Source: an uncultured Chloroflexia bacterium (GTDB lineage: Bacteria; Chloroflexota; Anaerolineae; Promineifilales; Promineifilaceae). Taken from it: a DNA stretch of 64,000 nucleotides. Below are positions 1 through 9,650 of the stretch, piece after piece. Every line of letters starts with the position of its first letter. Position 1 is the first letter of the stretch. Made by a program: the position numbers and the translations under genes. The stretch spans positions 225,306 through 289,305 of the forward strand of contig CAWAPO010000005.1 of NCBI GenBank assembly GCA_963783985.1, given 5' to 3'. The notes beneath the pieces were generated by a model. It saw only the letters and a program-made list of their open reading frames with translations. It was not told the origin of the DNA and searched no databases.

Positions 1-1242
1 CAAATCGGCCGTTTGATCAAGCGCATCCGTGATATGGAACTCCGGGATGGAGCGGCATGATCCGCGGCTGAACTCTTCTCCTTTCTCAATGACGATCGCC
101 GGCCGGTAATTCGTTTCCGCCAGACGGCTGGCCACCAGACCTACTACCCCAGATTGAAAACGCTCGTCTGCGGCAATCAGGATGCACTCATCCGGCGCAA
201 TCATCTCCTCCGCAAGCGCACCAAGGGCGGCCGTAATCTGTTGGCGGCGCCGATTCAGTCCGTTTAGTTCTTCCGCCAGTTGGCGCGCCGACAGCTGATT
301 GTTGACCGCCAACAGTTTTGCCGCGCTATAGGCATGGTCAAGACGCCCGGCGGCATTGATTCGCGGGCCAATCGTGAAACCAATTGATTCAGCCGTGATG
401 GACCCCGCCTTCAGACCAGAAAGAGCGGCCAAGGCGTGCAGCCCGGGTCTCTGCAGCTGATTCAGTACTTCGAGACCGGCCGTGACCAAGACCCGATTTT
501 CCATGTGCAGCGGGGCCAGGTCGGCCACAGTTCCCACAGCCACCAAATCCAACAGCGAGTCAAGGTCGATTGTGACGCGCTGCGGCAGCGAAGCGTAAAG
601 TGCCTGCGCGAGCTTGTAAGCGATACCAACGCCGGCGAGCATGCGGTCCGGATAGTCAGAATCATCTCGTTTGGGGTTAATAATGGCCGCCGCTTCAGGA
701 AGTTTTCTTCCAAGGTTATGATGGTCCGTCACAATCACGTCGACGCCAATTTGGTTGGCGAGGTCCACCTCCGCGACAGAGCGAATCCCGCAGTCGACCG
801 TAATGATCAATCCCGCACCAAATTCTTTGATCCGTTCGATTGCGTCACCGTTTAGACCATATCCCTCATCAACACGGTCAGGGATATAGGGACGAACAAG
901 ACGTCGCTCAACTCCGAGCCCACGCAGCGCTTCGGTCAGCAAGACAGTTGCCGTAACCCCATCAGCATCAAAGTCGCCATAGACCACGATCAACTCGTCA
1001 TTGGCGATTGCTTTACTGATCCGCGCCACCGCCTGATCCATACCGGCAAGAAGGAAAGGATCGCATTCTTCAAGATAATATCCCTCCAAGAATGCCTGGA
1101 TTTTTGCCGGCTCATCTAAACCTCGATTATAAAGAATCTGGCGAAAAACTGGATGGTATTGTTCGAGTCGCTTGCTATTCTCAGGCGGCATAGTGGGGGC
1201 AACACGCCACCGGTTTTTGCGAATGCTTTCTGGACGAACCAT
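1..1242 (-). CDS. recJ: Single-stranded-DNA-specific exonuclease RecJ (first 414 codons; 3' end runs off the window)
   Basis: Absent from the ORF track because it is open at the window edge. My reverse-strand translation from the ATG at 1242 reads MVRPESIRKNRWRV...LIVVYGDFDADGVTATVLL...IITVDCGIRS...VIVTDHHNLG...GVGIAYKL...GPRINAAGRL, which carries the DHH-family motifs of RecJ. There is no stop codon down to position 1. Confidence 0.9.
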   Translation of the reverse strand, partial: MVRPESIRKNRWRVAPTMPPENSKRLEQYHPVFRQILYNRGLDEPAKIQAFLEGYYLEECDPFLLAGMDQAVARISKAIANDELIVVYGDFDADGVTATVLLTEALRGLGVERRLVRPYIPDRVDEGYGLNGDAIERIKEFGAGLIITVDCGIRSVAEVDLANQIGVDVIVTDHHNLGRKLPEAAAIINPKRDDSDYPDRMLAGVGIAYKLAQALYASLPQRVTIDLDSLLDLVAVGTVADLAPLHMENRVLVTAGLEVLNQLQRPGLHALAALSGLKAGSITAESIGFTIGPRINAAGRLDHAYSAAKLLAVNNQLSARQLAEELNGLNRRRQQITAALGALAEEMIAPDECILIAADERFQSGVVGLVASRLAETNYRPAIVIEKGEEFSRGSCRSIPEFHITDALDQTADL

Positions 1243-1342
1243 GGGAGATTTATAGTAACACGGAACCAGCCAAAAGAAAAAACTGAGGGTCATCCCCACG
1301 AGGGAAGAGCCTCTTCTCTGCTCGTTCAGAGTCGGCAGCCAC

Positions 1343-2860
1343 CTAGCACATCGTCTGTGCGCTCAATCGCTGCGAAGACGTAATCCAGGAAAGAAGAATA
1401 GGCAGCAGAAAAGTGAAGAAGACTCCAAAAGCATGCACGTTTAGCTGGCTCCCTTCAAATATGGCAACACGCATGTACCCATAAATAATGACCGACAGTT
1501 GGGAAGTCACCAAGAACCACATGCCGGCGTGAAGCAAGTACGAAGATCGGTTCTCCTCATTGAAGGCGTCGAGCAGGAGCCAGGGGAATGGCCAGGTTGC
1601 ATACCAGATGCGGAAATTTAGGGCCTGAATAACATACCCCCAAAACAATGCCGCTGCGCTGCGTTCACTCCGGTTTCCGCGCCAGGTCCGCCAGAGGACC
1701 CAGATCACAAACAGGCCAAAAAGAACTGTAATCGCGCGGGACACTACGGCAAATGATCCATTCCACCCATATTCTCTGGCCACGAGGATCAGCAGGGCTG
1801 CCGGCGAAAATGAGGCGCCGGCGCTGGCCTCCTCAAGCAGGCGCAGGAACAAAGGGAGCGGATCACCAAAGGGGAAAAACGCCAGGAAAAACAGCATAGT
1901 TCCCCCGGCAAACGACAGGAAAAAGAATTGAGTCCGCTGGCGCACGTTATGCAGCTGTTTCCAAATGGTAATGAAGGCTACCGGAAGCGCCAGCAGCGCG
2001 ATGGGCTTAATTAGTACTGCAGCCAGCATGATCAAGAAGCCCGACGTGTGATAGTCCCGATTTATCAGGAGCCATCCACCCATGAGCACCAAGATCATGA
2101 GCGCGTCATTGTGCGCGTTGCCTACAAAAGTGAGGAGGAGCGCTGGATTCCAGGCCCAGAGGACAGCGAAGGCAAGGCGCCGGGCTTCGTTCCTTTCAAC
2201 AATTCCTGAAGAGGGGCTAGGAAGCAGCTGCCACAAGAGAAAGGCGACAATAACCAGCGACACAGTTCCCAGGAGCTTGAAAAGTAGCATATTGAATAGC
2301 AGATTGTCCTGCCCGATCGAGGTGATTGTCGATGCCGTCAATTCCCAAAGGGGCCCGTAAGGGGAAGTTGCAGTGGACCACTCGCCTGACAGCAAGGAAT
2401 ACAACTCATTGCCGGCGTCAGCCGGCGCAAATTCAAACGGACTTAAGCCATGCCTGCTGCTCAGCAAGCCGCGGATGATGTAGCGGTAGACATCGTTGGC
2501 ATTGATTGGGTAGATAAAGAGGAGCGGCGCGGCGAACAGGAGGGATGCCGCCGCTACGACCCGGAAGGAAGAAACTGAACCGCTTTCGACGCGCCGGTAC
2601 ATCAGCCAGTGCAAGGCAAAGAGGATGATCAGCAGTAGACCATAGAAGAGGCCGCCATTTAGGTCCGGAAGAAAGGTGCGGATATCGCCAACAGGCTGGC
2701 GGTCAAAGTTGTGCAGGAGGGGAAATGCGAGAGCCAATACAACGTAGCCGCAGAAGCTGGCGGCCGCAAGGTAACGCAATGGGAGAGCATCAATAAAGCG
2801 CAGCTGTGACACAAATCTACAATCGTCGGAAATTGAACCAGGCTGACGGCCACGGCGCAT
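1343..2860 (-). CDS. Polytopic membrane protein, GT-C / DUF2029-like glycosyltransferase candidate
   Basis: 505-aa ORF with at least 10 hydrophobic helices, resembling membrane mannosyltransferase-like proteins. The function call is weak. An alternative GTG start at 2812 would remove the 44-nt overlap with the upstream gene. Confidence 0.6.
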   Translation of the reverse strand: MRRGRQPGSISDDCRFVSQLRFIDALPLRYLAAASFCGYVVLALAFPLLHNFDRQPVGDIRTFLPDLNGGLFYGLLLIILFALHWLMYRRVESGSVSSFRVVAAASLLFAAPLLFIYPINANDVYRYIIRGLLSSRHGLSPFEFAPADAGNELYSLLSGEWSTATSPYGPLWELTASTITSIGQDNLLFNMLLFKLLGTVSLVIVAFLLWQLLPSPSSGIVERNEARRLAFAVLWAWNPALLLTFVGNAHNDALMILVLMGGWLLINRDYHTSGFLIMLAAVLIKPIALLALPVAFITIWKQLHNVRQRTQFFFLSFAGGTMLFFLAFFPFGDPLPLFLRLLEEASAGASFSPAALLILVAREYGWNGSFAVVSRAITVLFGLFVIWVLWRTWRGNRSERSAAALFWGYVIQALNFRIWYATWPFPWLLLDAFNEENRSSYLLHAGMWFLVTSQLSVIIYGYMRVAIFEGSQLNVHAFGVFFTFLLPILLSWITSSQRLSAQTMC

Positions 2861-3425
2861 TATCGGCCACTTGCGTCGTACCGCGCTCTACTTCTTCGAG
2901 CACGAAGCCTTCAGAGAATGCATCCAGCAGATCCGATTCCGCGAGCCAACGATCAGCTTCATCGCTCTCGTCTTCAGGATCGCGGAGATGAGCAAAAAGA
3001 AGATAATGCGCTCCACGGGAAAGAAGTCGTTCTAGGCCGTCACGGTAGTTCAGAAGTTGCGGATTCTTCAGTGAGTGCATGCAGCCGACATCGACCGCGA
3101 GGTCGTAGGGTCCGTGCAGAAACGATAGGTCTGTGACGTCGGCAGCATGGAAACGTGCTAACTCAGCGACGCCCGCCTGCTCTGCGCGCAGCCGGGACTC
3201 CTCCACGGCTTGTTCCACAAACTCGATGCCATCTACCTCCCACCCATGCATTGCCAAGAATATACTTGTCCGGCCGAGGCCGCTTCCCAAGTCAAGCGCG
3301 CGCCCGGGGCGGAGCTTTGCCGGGAGCGCGATTACCTCCGGAGGAGGCTGGGGATCGCCCCAGGGGATTTCGCCTGATTTGTATCGCTCGGCGAATGAGT
3401 TTTTTCGCTCTTGATCAAGGGCCAT
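2817..3425 (-). CDS. Class I SAM-dependent methyltransferase (TehB/TPMT-like, small-molecule type)
   Basis: Motif I is RALDLGSGLGRTSIFLAMHGWEVDGIEFVEQAV. The start was moved to the ATG at 3425 (MALDQERKNSFAERY...), which matches the N-termini of homologues. Confidence 0.8.
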   Translation of the reverse strand: MALDQERKNSFAERYKSGEIPWGDPQPPPEVIALPAKLRPGRALDLGSGLGRTSIFLAMHGWEVDGIEFVEQAVEESRLRAEQAGVAELARFHAADVTDLSFLHGPYDLAVDVGCMHSLKNPQLLNYRDGLERLLSRGAHYLLFAHLRDPEDESDEADRWLAESDLLDAFSEGFVLEEVERGTTQVADNAPWPSAWFNFRRL

Positions 3426-3429
3426 AGCA

Positions 3430-4323
3430 ATGAGTTTACCACACCTGAACGGACCAATGCACCCGTGCACATATGCTATACTTGGACGACAGATGGACAA
3501 ACACGCGCGAGATTTCGGCCTGCAAGATCCTTCCCCAATGAGTTGGTCCGGCCCACTGTGGCGCACTGCCGGATTCATGCTCTCTTTGCTGCTCTGCGCC
3601 TATGGAGTGTCGCGTGCGATCCCCCTGTTGACTATCCTGGGGGCTGCTTCCACTCTGTTTTTCACTCTACTGCTGCTGCGATCGATTTTGACTCTGAATC
3701 GAGCCGACCGGCGGGTCGAACCTGAGAGTGTCGAATTCCTGTACAAGCTTAGCCAGACGCGGCCTTCCGCTAACCTGGCGTCTATTGGTGCCGGTCTTCG
3801 CTGGCCGGCAGCCGTCGTTGGCAAACATCTTACCAGCGGACGCCTGCACGCCGTAAATATCTACAACCCGCAGCTGATATCCGGACGGTCGTTGGTTTAT
3901 CCGCGTCAAAACAGCGCGCAAGCGATGTCAGATCCCCGCCTCGTTTGGTACAGCTCCAATTTGGATCTCTTGCCCCTGCCGGACGCCAGCGTGGCGGCCG
4001 TCTTCGTCTATCGCACTTTATCGGAAATCTTACAGGACGGGGATCGAAGGGCGCTGCTGAAGGAAATCAGACGCATTCTGGAACCGCACGGCCGTTTACT
4101 GGTCGCGGAACTAGCAGACAGTTGGACAAACCGGCTGCGCTCAGCAGCAGGTAAGCCCGACGTCCAAAGCTATGATTATTGGACCAAACTGTTGGCAGAA
4201 GCTGGATTCGACGTGCAGCGCACACAGACTCTGAATAGCAGCATGCTCTGCATCCGGGCTGATAAACGCGCCCCATATGCCGGGCAGCAAATGGCGCTCG
4301 AACTTGAATTTGAGACATATTAG
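3430..4323 (+). CDS. Membrane-anchored class I SAM-dependent methyltransferase-like protein
   Basis: Two N-terminal hydrophobic helices, then an MTase-fold C-terminus (AAVFVYRTLSEIL...ILEPHGRLLVAEL...LLAEAGFDV). The true start may be an internal Met (3457, 3493 or 3538), because 3430 lies only 4 nt from the divergent start at 3425. Confidence 0.65.
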   Translation: MSLPHLNGPMHPCTYAILGRQMDKHARDFGLQDPSPMSWSGPLWRTAGFMLSLLLCAYGVSRAIPLLTILGAASTLFFTLLLLRSILTLNRADRRVEPESVEFLYKLSQTRPSANLASIGAGLRWPAAVVGKHLTSGRLHAVNIYNPQLISGRSLVYPRQNSAQAMSDPRLVWYSSNLDLLPLPDASVAAVFVYRTLSEILQDGDRRALLKEIRRILEPHGRLLVAELADSWTNRLRSAAGKPDVQSYDYWTKLLAEAGFDVQRTQTLNSSMLCIRADKRAPYAGQQMALELEFETY

Positions 4324-4554
4324 GGCGGAGTTCAGTGCCCAGCGGGAAAAGAAAGATGGGGCAGATGGCGGCGATGCGCCTGCATGAAGAAGCGCCGATT
4401 GAGAACAAGCTGCTTATCTGGCATGAAAAGGAGATACCCGTTAGGTGCAGCTGATGACGTCCTGCGGCGTTTAGAGAAGAGCCAAATTCGTGGTGCGGCC
4501 GTGCCCCGCGTAAGACCAGATTTCTAGGGCAGCAAGCTCCAATAACCAAGCACT

Positions 4555-4584
4555 TTGGCAGCTATACATAAAATTGGCTAGAAT
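4555..4584 (+). promoter_or_regulatory. Candidate sigma-70-type promoter (TTGGCA-18-TAGAAT) for the Mrr-like gene
   Basis: Hexamers read directly in the sequence: TTGGCA at 4555-4560 and TAGAAT at 4579-4584. The site lies about 80 nt upstream of the ATG at 4665. Confidence 0.3.
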
Positions 4585-4664
4585 AGGCGGAAAGACGACA
4601 GCGGCTCATACTTGTTGGTAGGGGCTGCCACTTTGTCCATGAAGAAGTACGACAGCGGTATCTT

Positions 4665-5315
4665 ATGTTAGCTCGATTCGAGTGGCGTCTGCGCAAGCCC
4701 AGCAAGCTGCGCTCGACAGGAAACGCTCTTCAGCTCAAGAGACTCATTCCCATCGCTGGGCTGGGATCGTTTGTCATCTGGCTTTTCTACCGCCATCTCC
4801 TTCGCGCAGATTGGTTTTCTCAACTTCCACCGTTTCTCAACGAACTGCTCAATCTTCTTGAAGCGGCTGCGATAACGACCGCCCTACTTTTTGCCATTAT
4901 TCTACTATGGCGAAAGGAGCGAGAAAGAAGGGCCGCTGCCAAGTCCGTATCTTTGGACTCCCTATACAGCTTGAGTCCGGCAGATTTCGAGCGTTTTGTT
5001 GCCGGCTTGTTCCGCAAAAAGGGTTACGCTGTCACTGTCCGCGGGCGGAGCGGCGACCACGGAGTCGATCTTGAACTGTTGAGTGAGAACGGCAGGCGTG
5101 CTGTCGTGCAGTGCAAACGGTATCGCAATCCCATTGGGCCGGATATTGTCAGAGAGCTGTTTGGCACAATGATTCATGAACGCGTGCACCATTCATTCTT
5201 GGTAACGACGGCCGACATCTCGCCCGCGGCTCGAGAATGGGCCGAAAATAAGCCGATAACGTTAATCGACGGCTCCACGCTGGTCCAAATCGCCGCCTCC
5301 CTCAAGAACGCCTGA
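4665..5315 (+). CDS. Membrane-anchored Mrr-like restriction-endonuclease-fold protein
   Basis: Two N-terminal TM helices followed by an Mrr_cat-like core: FERFVAGLFRKKGY...GDHGVDLEL...AVVQCKRY (a D...D/E-x-K type signature). Confidence 0.8.
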   Translation: MLARFEWRLRKPSKLRSTGNALQLKRLIPIAGLGSFVIWLFYRHLLRADWFSQLPPFLNELLNLLEAAAITTALLFAIILLWRKERERRAAAKSVSLDSLYSLSPADFERFVAGLFRKKGYAVTVRGRSGDHGVDLELLSENGRRAVVQCKRYRNPIGPDIVRELFGTMIHERVHHSFLVTTADISPAAREWAENKPITLIDGSTLVQIAASLKNA

Positions 5316-5499
5316 TTGATACGTATAGTCCCCCCGGCGGGGCGCGCTTCTTACGCCTTTCTTATGCCTATTGTGAGTGAACTAACCTAATTCCTACACA
5401 GATCCGCTACAATAATTAAACAGCGCACACGATTTGCCTGTTCATGAGGCAGATACTGCTGTTCACTTAATTCCATTAGTTCTTCACCATAATTGGAGC

Positions 5500-6621
5500 A
5501 TGAATAAATCTTTACGACTGTTAACCATAAAAGGGATCGACTTACGAGTCCACATCACGTTCCCGCTTATACTTCTCTGGGCGGCCTACCAGTTCGGCAC
5601 TCTATTTGGCAGTGTCAACGGCGCCTTGTTCGGCGTAGTTGCCGTCAGCATCCTCTTCATCCTTGTCACATTACATGAATTGGGCCATAGTTTTGCGGCT
5701 CGAATGTATGGCATCCCGGTCAAGCAAATAGTTCTTTCTCCCATTGGGGGCGTCGCCCAATTGGCACGCATGCCGGACAATCCCAAGCAGGAACTCGTGA
5801 TTTCCGCTGCCGGGCCGGCCGTTAATATCTTCATCGCCTTCTTGATCCTGGCTGTGGGTTACGCATTTGGCCTGGACTGGCTTGCTCTGGCAACGACATT
5901 CAGCGCTGCGGAAAGCGCCACGCTTGCCGCGCTCATCTCCTATATTTTCATATCCAATCTATTTCTGGCCGCCTTTAACCTGATTCCCGCTTTCCCTATG
6001 GACGGTGGGCGAATCTTGCGCGCGCTGCTGGCGATGCGCTTGAACTATGCACAAGCGACCCATATTGCGGCCGCCATCGGCCGTGTGGTCGCCGTGTTGT
6101 TCGGCATATACGGATTACTGAATGGTGGTCTGTTCATGATCTTCATCGCCTTCTTCATCTTTACCGCGGCCGGTCAGGAAGCCAAGTACACCGAGTTCAA
6201 ACACGCCTTGGAAGGATATACGGTGGAGCAAGCATACAGCCAGTCTGTTTATCGCCTGGATTCTTCCTATAGCCTAGAACAAGCGAAGAATCTAATGGCT
6301 TATACGAAACAGAGTGAGTTTCCTGTTGTCGATGGCGTCTGGTTAACCGGCTATCTGACGCAAGCAGCCCTTAACACGGCTCTACAAACCAATCCTACTT
6401 ACATCCCTGTGTCCACCGTGATGAATCGCCAGATCAAACCGGTTACACCCGCAACTGGGCTTTTCGAAGTCCAGCAGCGATTGGTCGAAGAAGGGCGGGC
6501 ATCTCTGCCGGTCGTCGCTAACTCGGGTCACTATCTCGGCGTTATCACTCACCAGCATATAGCACAGCTGTTTAAACAGGTACAAACCCCACCAATTGTG
6601 CCGGGCACACCATCCGCCTAG
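5500..6621 (+). CDS. Site-2 protease family (M50) zinc metalloprotease with C-terminal CBS pair
   Basis: HELGH zinc motif and NLIPAFPMDGGRIL second motif, with a CBS-like C-terminus. The start was set to the ATG at 5500, which is preceded by GGAG; the ORF-track TTG at 5434 is less likely. Confidence 0.85.
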   Translation: MNKSLRLLTIKGIDLRVHITFPLILLWAAYQFGTLFGSVNGALFGVVAVSILFILVTLHELGHSFAARMYGIPVKQIVLSPIGGVAQLARMPDNPKQELVISAAGPAVNIFIAFLILAVGYAFGLDWLALATTFSAAESATLAALISYIFISNLFLAAFNLIPAFPMDGGRILRALLAMRLNYAQATHIAAAIGRVVAVLFGIYGLLNGGLFMIFIAFFIFTAAGQEAKYTEFKHALEGYTVEQAYSQSVYRLDSSYSLEQAKNLMAYTKQSEFPVVDGVWLTGYLTQAALNTALQTNPTYIPVSTVMNRQIKPVTPATGLFEVQQRLVEEGRASLPVVANSGHYLGVITHQHIAQLFKQVQTPPIVPGTPSA

Positions 6622-6624
6622 CAA

Positions 6625-6672
6625 GAAAAAAGCTCCGCAAGCAGTACAATACTTGCGGAGCTTTTTTCTTTT
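6625..6672 (+). terminator. Rho-independent terminator
   Basis: 11-bp stem agctccgcaag (6631-6641) / cttgcggagct (6652-6662) followed by a T6 run. The preceding A-run makes it potentially bidirectional. Confidence 0.75.
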
Positions 6673-6707
6673 GGCGTGTTCAGAGCAAGCTCTCTACAAT
6701 CTAGACC

Positions 6708-8564
6708 ATGTTGACAACCACCCCAATCAAGAATTCACTGGTGCTCTACAAACAGGCGGCGGCTCGCGTGCATGAGACCGGCTCAAAACGGATCACGATT
6801 GAGCTGGAGGATGGCCAGCAAGTGCGCGTCCGCCCGAAAGACGTCACCGAGATCCATCCCGGACCCCTAAATAGTCTACATGAATTAGACAGCGGATCGG
6901 AGATGGACAAGAACGAACTTCTGACTGCATGGGAGCTTCTAGCGGGAGAAGAAACCAGTTTGGGAGACCTGGCCGAGCTGGCTTTTTCCGAGTTTACGCC
7001 GTCAGCGGCCTGGACCGTGTGGAAAGAAGTTGAGGACGGTCTCTATTTCAGCGGCGAGCCGCAACATATCCTTGCTTCCACTGCCGAACAGGTTGAGGAT
7101 GAACTCGCCAAACGCGCGGCGCGCAAAGAAGAACAAGAAAAATGGGATGGCTTTGTGCAGCGAATCACTTCCGGGGACTATATCGACAGCGATCAAGTCT
7201 ATCTGCAGGATATCGCTTCCCTCGCCTTCGGCGAACAGGCACAAAGTCGCATACTGCACGCGTTGGGGATTGAACAAACGCCGGAAAACGCCCATGATCT
7301 TTTGTTGAAGATCGGCTATTGGGACAGCTTTGTCAATCCATATCCGCCGCGCGCCGGGGTAAAGCTTGACTCTGCACAAGGGTTCGTCCCCTCTTTGGCG
7401 GAAGAAGAGAGGCGGGACCTGACGCACCTTCTTTCGCTGGCAATTGATGACATAGGGAATGAAGATCCCGATGATGCGCTAAGTTATGACAACGGCCGTA
7501 TTTGGGTCCACGTCGCCGATGTCGCCGCCCTGGTTGGCGCGGACAGTCTCCTGGATTTGGAGGCGCGCGATCGCGGGGCCAATCTCTATCTCCCGGAGAA
7601 GATCGTTTCCATGCTTCCGCGAGAAGTCACAGAGCGCCTCGGTCTGGGATTACAGGCCAGATCGCCCGCATTGTCGATCGGCTTCCTTCTGACCGCAGAC
7701 GGTCACATCGAGGATATTGAAATCACGCCTTCCTGGATCAATGCAACGCGCTGGAGCTATGAGGAAGCGGAGGAGCGGTTGGCCGAACCTGTCGTGGTAG
7801 AGCTGCTCAAGGCTTCCCAGATCTACCAAGGTCGCCGCGGCAAGGCGGGCGCGATAGACTTGAACCTGCCGGAAACGCGTATCAAGGTTGCCGGCGAAAC
7901 GATCGACATCCAGCCCATACTGCCCCTGAGAAGTCGTGAAATGGTACGCGACGCGATGCTCATGGCGGGTGAAGCCGCTGCGTTATTTGCCCAGCAGCAT
8001 GAGATAGCCATCCCCTATACCGTGCAAAGCGAACCAACGGCCGATTTGCCGGAGGGGGATTCCCTCTCGGCGATGTTTGCCATGCGCAAGCTCTTGAAGC
8101 CAAGCCGGCAGTCATTGTCCCCCGGCATTCACAGCGGGCTGGGCATGGAACAATATGCGCAGGTGACCAGCCCACTCAGACGCTATCTTGACCTGGTCAT
8201 ACATCAGCAGCTTAGGGCATTTCTGCATGGTGAAGCAACGCTGTCAGAAACAGAAGTCCTAGAAAGAATTGGCGCCACGGCGGGCATCCAGCGCGATCTG
8301 CGGCGCACAGAGCGTTTGTCCAAACGGCACTGGACGCTTGTCTATCTACTGCAGCAGCCGGATTGGCAGGGGGAAGGGATCCTTGTTGAGCAGCACGGCC
8401 GTCGCAGCATCGCCGTCCTACCGGACCTTGATCTGGAGACGAGCCTCTATCTTTCCGGCGATCAGCAGCTCGACAGCAGACTGCTGCTGCAAAACCCGGA
8501 GATCGATCTTGCCAGGCTGGAAACGCGATTTTCCGAGCTGAAGGCCACAGAACAGCCCGGATAG
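6708..8564 (+). CDS. RNB-domain 3'-5' exoribonuclease (RNase II/R family)
   Basis: Motifs LSLAIDDIGNEDPDDALS...VHVADVAALV and the C-terminal YAQVTSPLRRYLDLVIHQQL, which are RNB catalytic motifs. Confidence 0.85.
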   Translation: MLTTTPIKNSLVLYKQAAARVHETGSKRITIELEDGQQVRVRPKDVTEIHPGPLNSLHELDSGSEMDKNELLTAWELLAGEETSLGDLAELAFSEFTPSAAWTVWKEVEDGLYFSGEPQHILASTAEQVEDELAKRAARKEEQEKWDGFVQRITSGDYIDSDQVYLQDIASLAFGEQAQSRILHALGIEQTPENAHDLLLKIGYWDSFVNPYPPRAGVKLDSAQGFVPSLAEEERRDLTHLLSLAIDDIGNEDPDDALSYDNGRIWVHVADVAALVGADSLLDLEARDRGANLYLPEKIVSMLPREVTERLGLGLQARSPALSIGFLLTADGHIEDIEITPSWINATRWSYEEAEERLAEPVVVELLKASQIYQGRRGKAGAIDLNLPETRIKVAGETIDIQPILPLRSREMVRDAMLMAGEAAALFAQQHEIAIPYTVQSEPTADLPEGDSLSAMFAMRKLLKPSRQSLSPGIHSGLGMEQYAQVTSPLRRYLDLVIHQQLRAFLHGEATLSETEVLERIGATAGIQRDLRRTERLSKRHWTLVYLLQQPDWQGEGILVEQHGRRSIAVLPDLDLETSLYLSGDQQLDSRLLLQNPEIDLARLETRFSELKATEQPG

Positions 8565-8728
8565 TGAATAGGGGCCACGGCTCACTACAGGTACGGCTCC
8601 AATTGTGTGGCAGCGCCAAAGCGCCTATCTTGCCCAAATTGAGTTGGAAACAGTCGCCGGCTCAGCTAGACTTAAGATCTTGCAGGCATACAACCAAGAG
8701 ACAATTCATGCAAAGGTAAGGAAAAGAG

Positions 8729-9496
8729 ATGGCGAAACTAGACTTTACGGACAAGATTGTCCTGGTTACGGGTGCGTCGCGGGGAATCGGTCGGGCGATA
8801 GCGCAGCAGTTCGCAGAGCAGGGTGCGCGCCTGGCCATTCACTACAACAGCAACCTGCAGGCGGCGGAAGAGACCCTGGCGGCATTGCCCGGCACCGCAC
8901 ATATTGTCGTTCAAGCGGACGTTGCCGACGCAGATGGCGCGGCAGAGATGATTGCGCAGATCATCGAACAAATGGGCGGGCTGGACATCGTCATCAACAA
9001 CGCAGGCATCTATGAAGATCATCCACTTGATGAAGTTGGCTATGACCGCTGGCAGGAAAGCTGGCAGCGCACGCTGGGCACCAATCTACTTGGTCCGGCG
9101 AACGTCACGTACTGCGCCGCGCAGCATATGATAGTGCGGGGCGGCGGCCGCATCGTCAATGTATCCTCACGCGGCGCATTCCGCGGTGAGCCGACGGCGC
9201 CCGCCTACGGTGCGAGCAAGGCGGGCCTAAACGCCATGAGCCAATCATTGGCCCGACGGCTTGCGCCGTACAACATTTTTATCGGTGTCGTTGCCCCTGG
9301 ATTTGTGGAGACGGACATGGCAGCCGACTTTCTTGCGGGACCGCAGGGGGAGGATATTCGCCATCAGAGTACAATGGGGCGCGTCGCCAAACCAGAAGAG
9401 GTCGCCCATGCTGTCCTATTTCTCGCCTCAGCAGGGGCGGAGTTTGCAACTGGAGCGATTATTGATGTCAATGGCGCTTCATATTTGCGAACGTAG
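8729..9496 (+). CDS. SDR-family oxidoreductase (FabG-like)
   Basis: TGASRGIGRAIA cofactor motif, NNAG, and the YGASKAGL catalytic Y-x3-K. Confidence 0.9.
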   Translation: MAKLDFTDKIVLVTGASRGIGRAIAQQFAEQGARLAIHYNSNLQAAEETLAALPGTAHIVVQADVADADGAAEMIAQIIEQMGGLDIVINNAGIYEDHPLDEVGYDRWQESWQRTLGTNLLGPANVTYCAAQHMIVRGGGRIVNVSSRGAFRGEPTAPAYGASKAGLNAMSQSLARRLAPYNIFIGVVAPGFVETDMAADFLAGPQGEDIRHQSTMGRVAKPEEVAHAVLFLASAGAEFATGAIIDVNGASYLRT

Positions 9497-9515
9497 CGCT
9501 TGGCGCGGCTTTTGC

Positions 9516-9543
9516 TGGCAAAATCATTATCGCCCGCTATAAT
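9516..9543 (+). promoter_or_regulatory. Candidate promoter of tRNA-Val(UAC): TGGCAA-16-TATAAT
   Basis: A perfect TATAAT at 9538-9543 ends 10 nt before the mature tRNA 5' end. The -35 hexamer is weak. Confidence 0.45.
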
Positions 9544-9553
9544 TCAGTGGCCA

Positions 9554-9627
9554 GGGCGCTTAGCTCAGCTGGTTAGAGCGCTTCGTTTACACCGAAGAGG
9601 CCGGGGGTTCGAGTCCCTCAGCGCCCA
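9554..9627 (+). tRNA. tRNA-Val (anticodon UAC)
   Basis: Hand-folded cloverleaf: acceptor gggcgct/agcgccc, anticodon stem cttcg/cgaag with loop ttTACac, T-loop ttcgagt. CCA is not encoded. Confidence 0.9.
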
Positions 9628-9650
9628 CTGCAGTATTGTTGGACCTTCAT

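Noticed and set aside
436-855. 139-aa plus-strand ORF (plus 462-713 on the minus strand) in the ORF track
   Set aside because: It lies entirely inside, and antisense or out of frame to, the clearly recognisable recJ reading frame (minus strand, 1-1242). It has no motif and an Arg/His/Gln-rich, shadow-ORF-like composition.
4324-4664. 340-bp non-coding gap with a 32-codon ORF (MGQMAAMRLHEEAPIENKLLIWHEKEIPVRCS)
   Set aside because: It has no RBS and no hydrophobic or other recognisable character, and the region is better explained as the promoter/leader of the Mrr-like gene.
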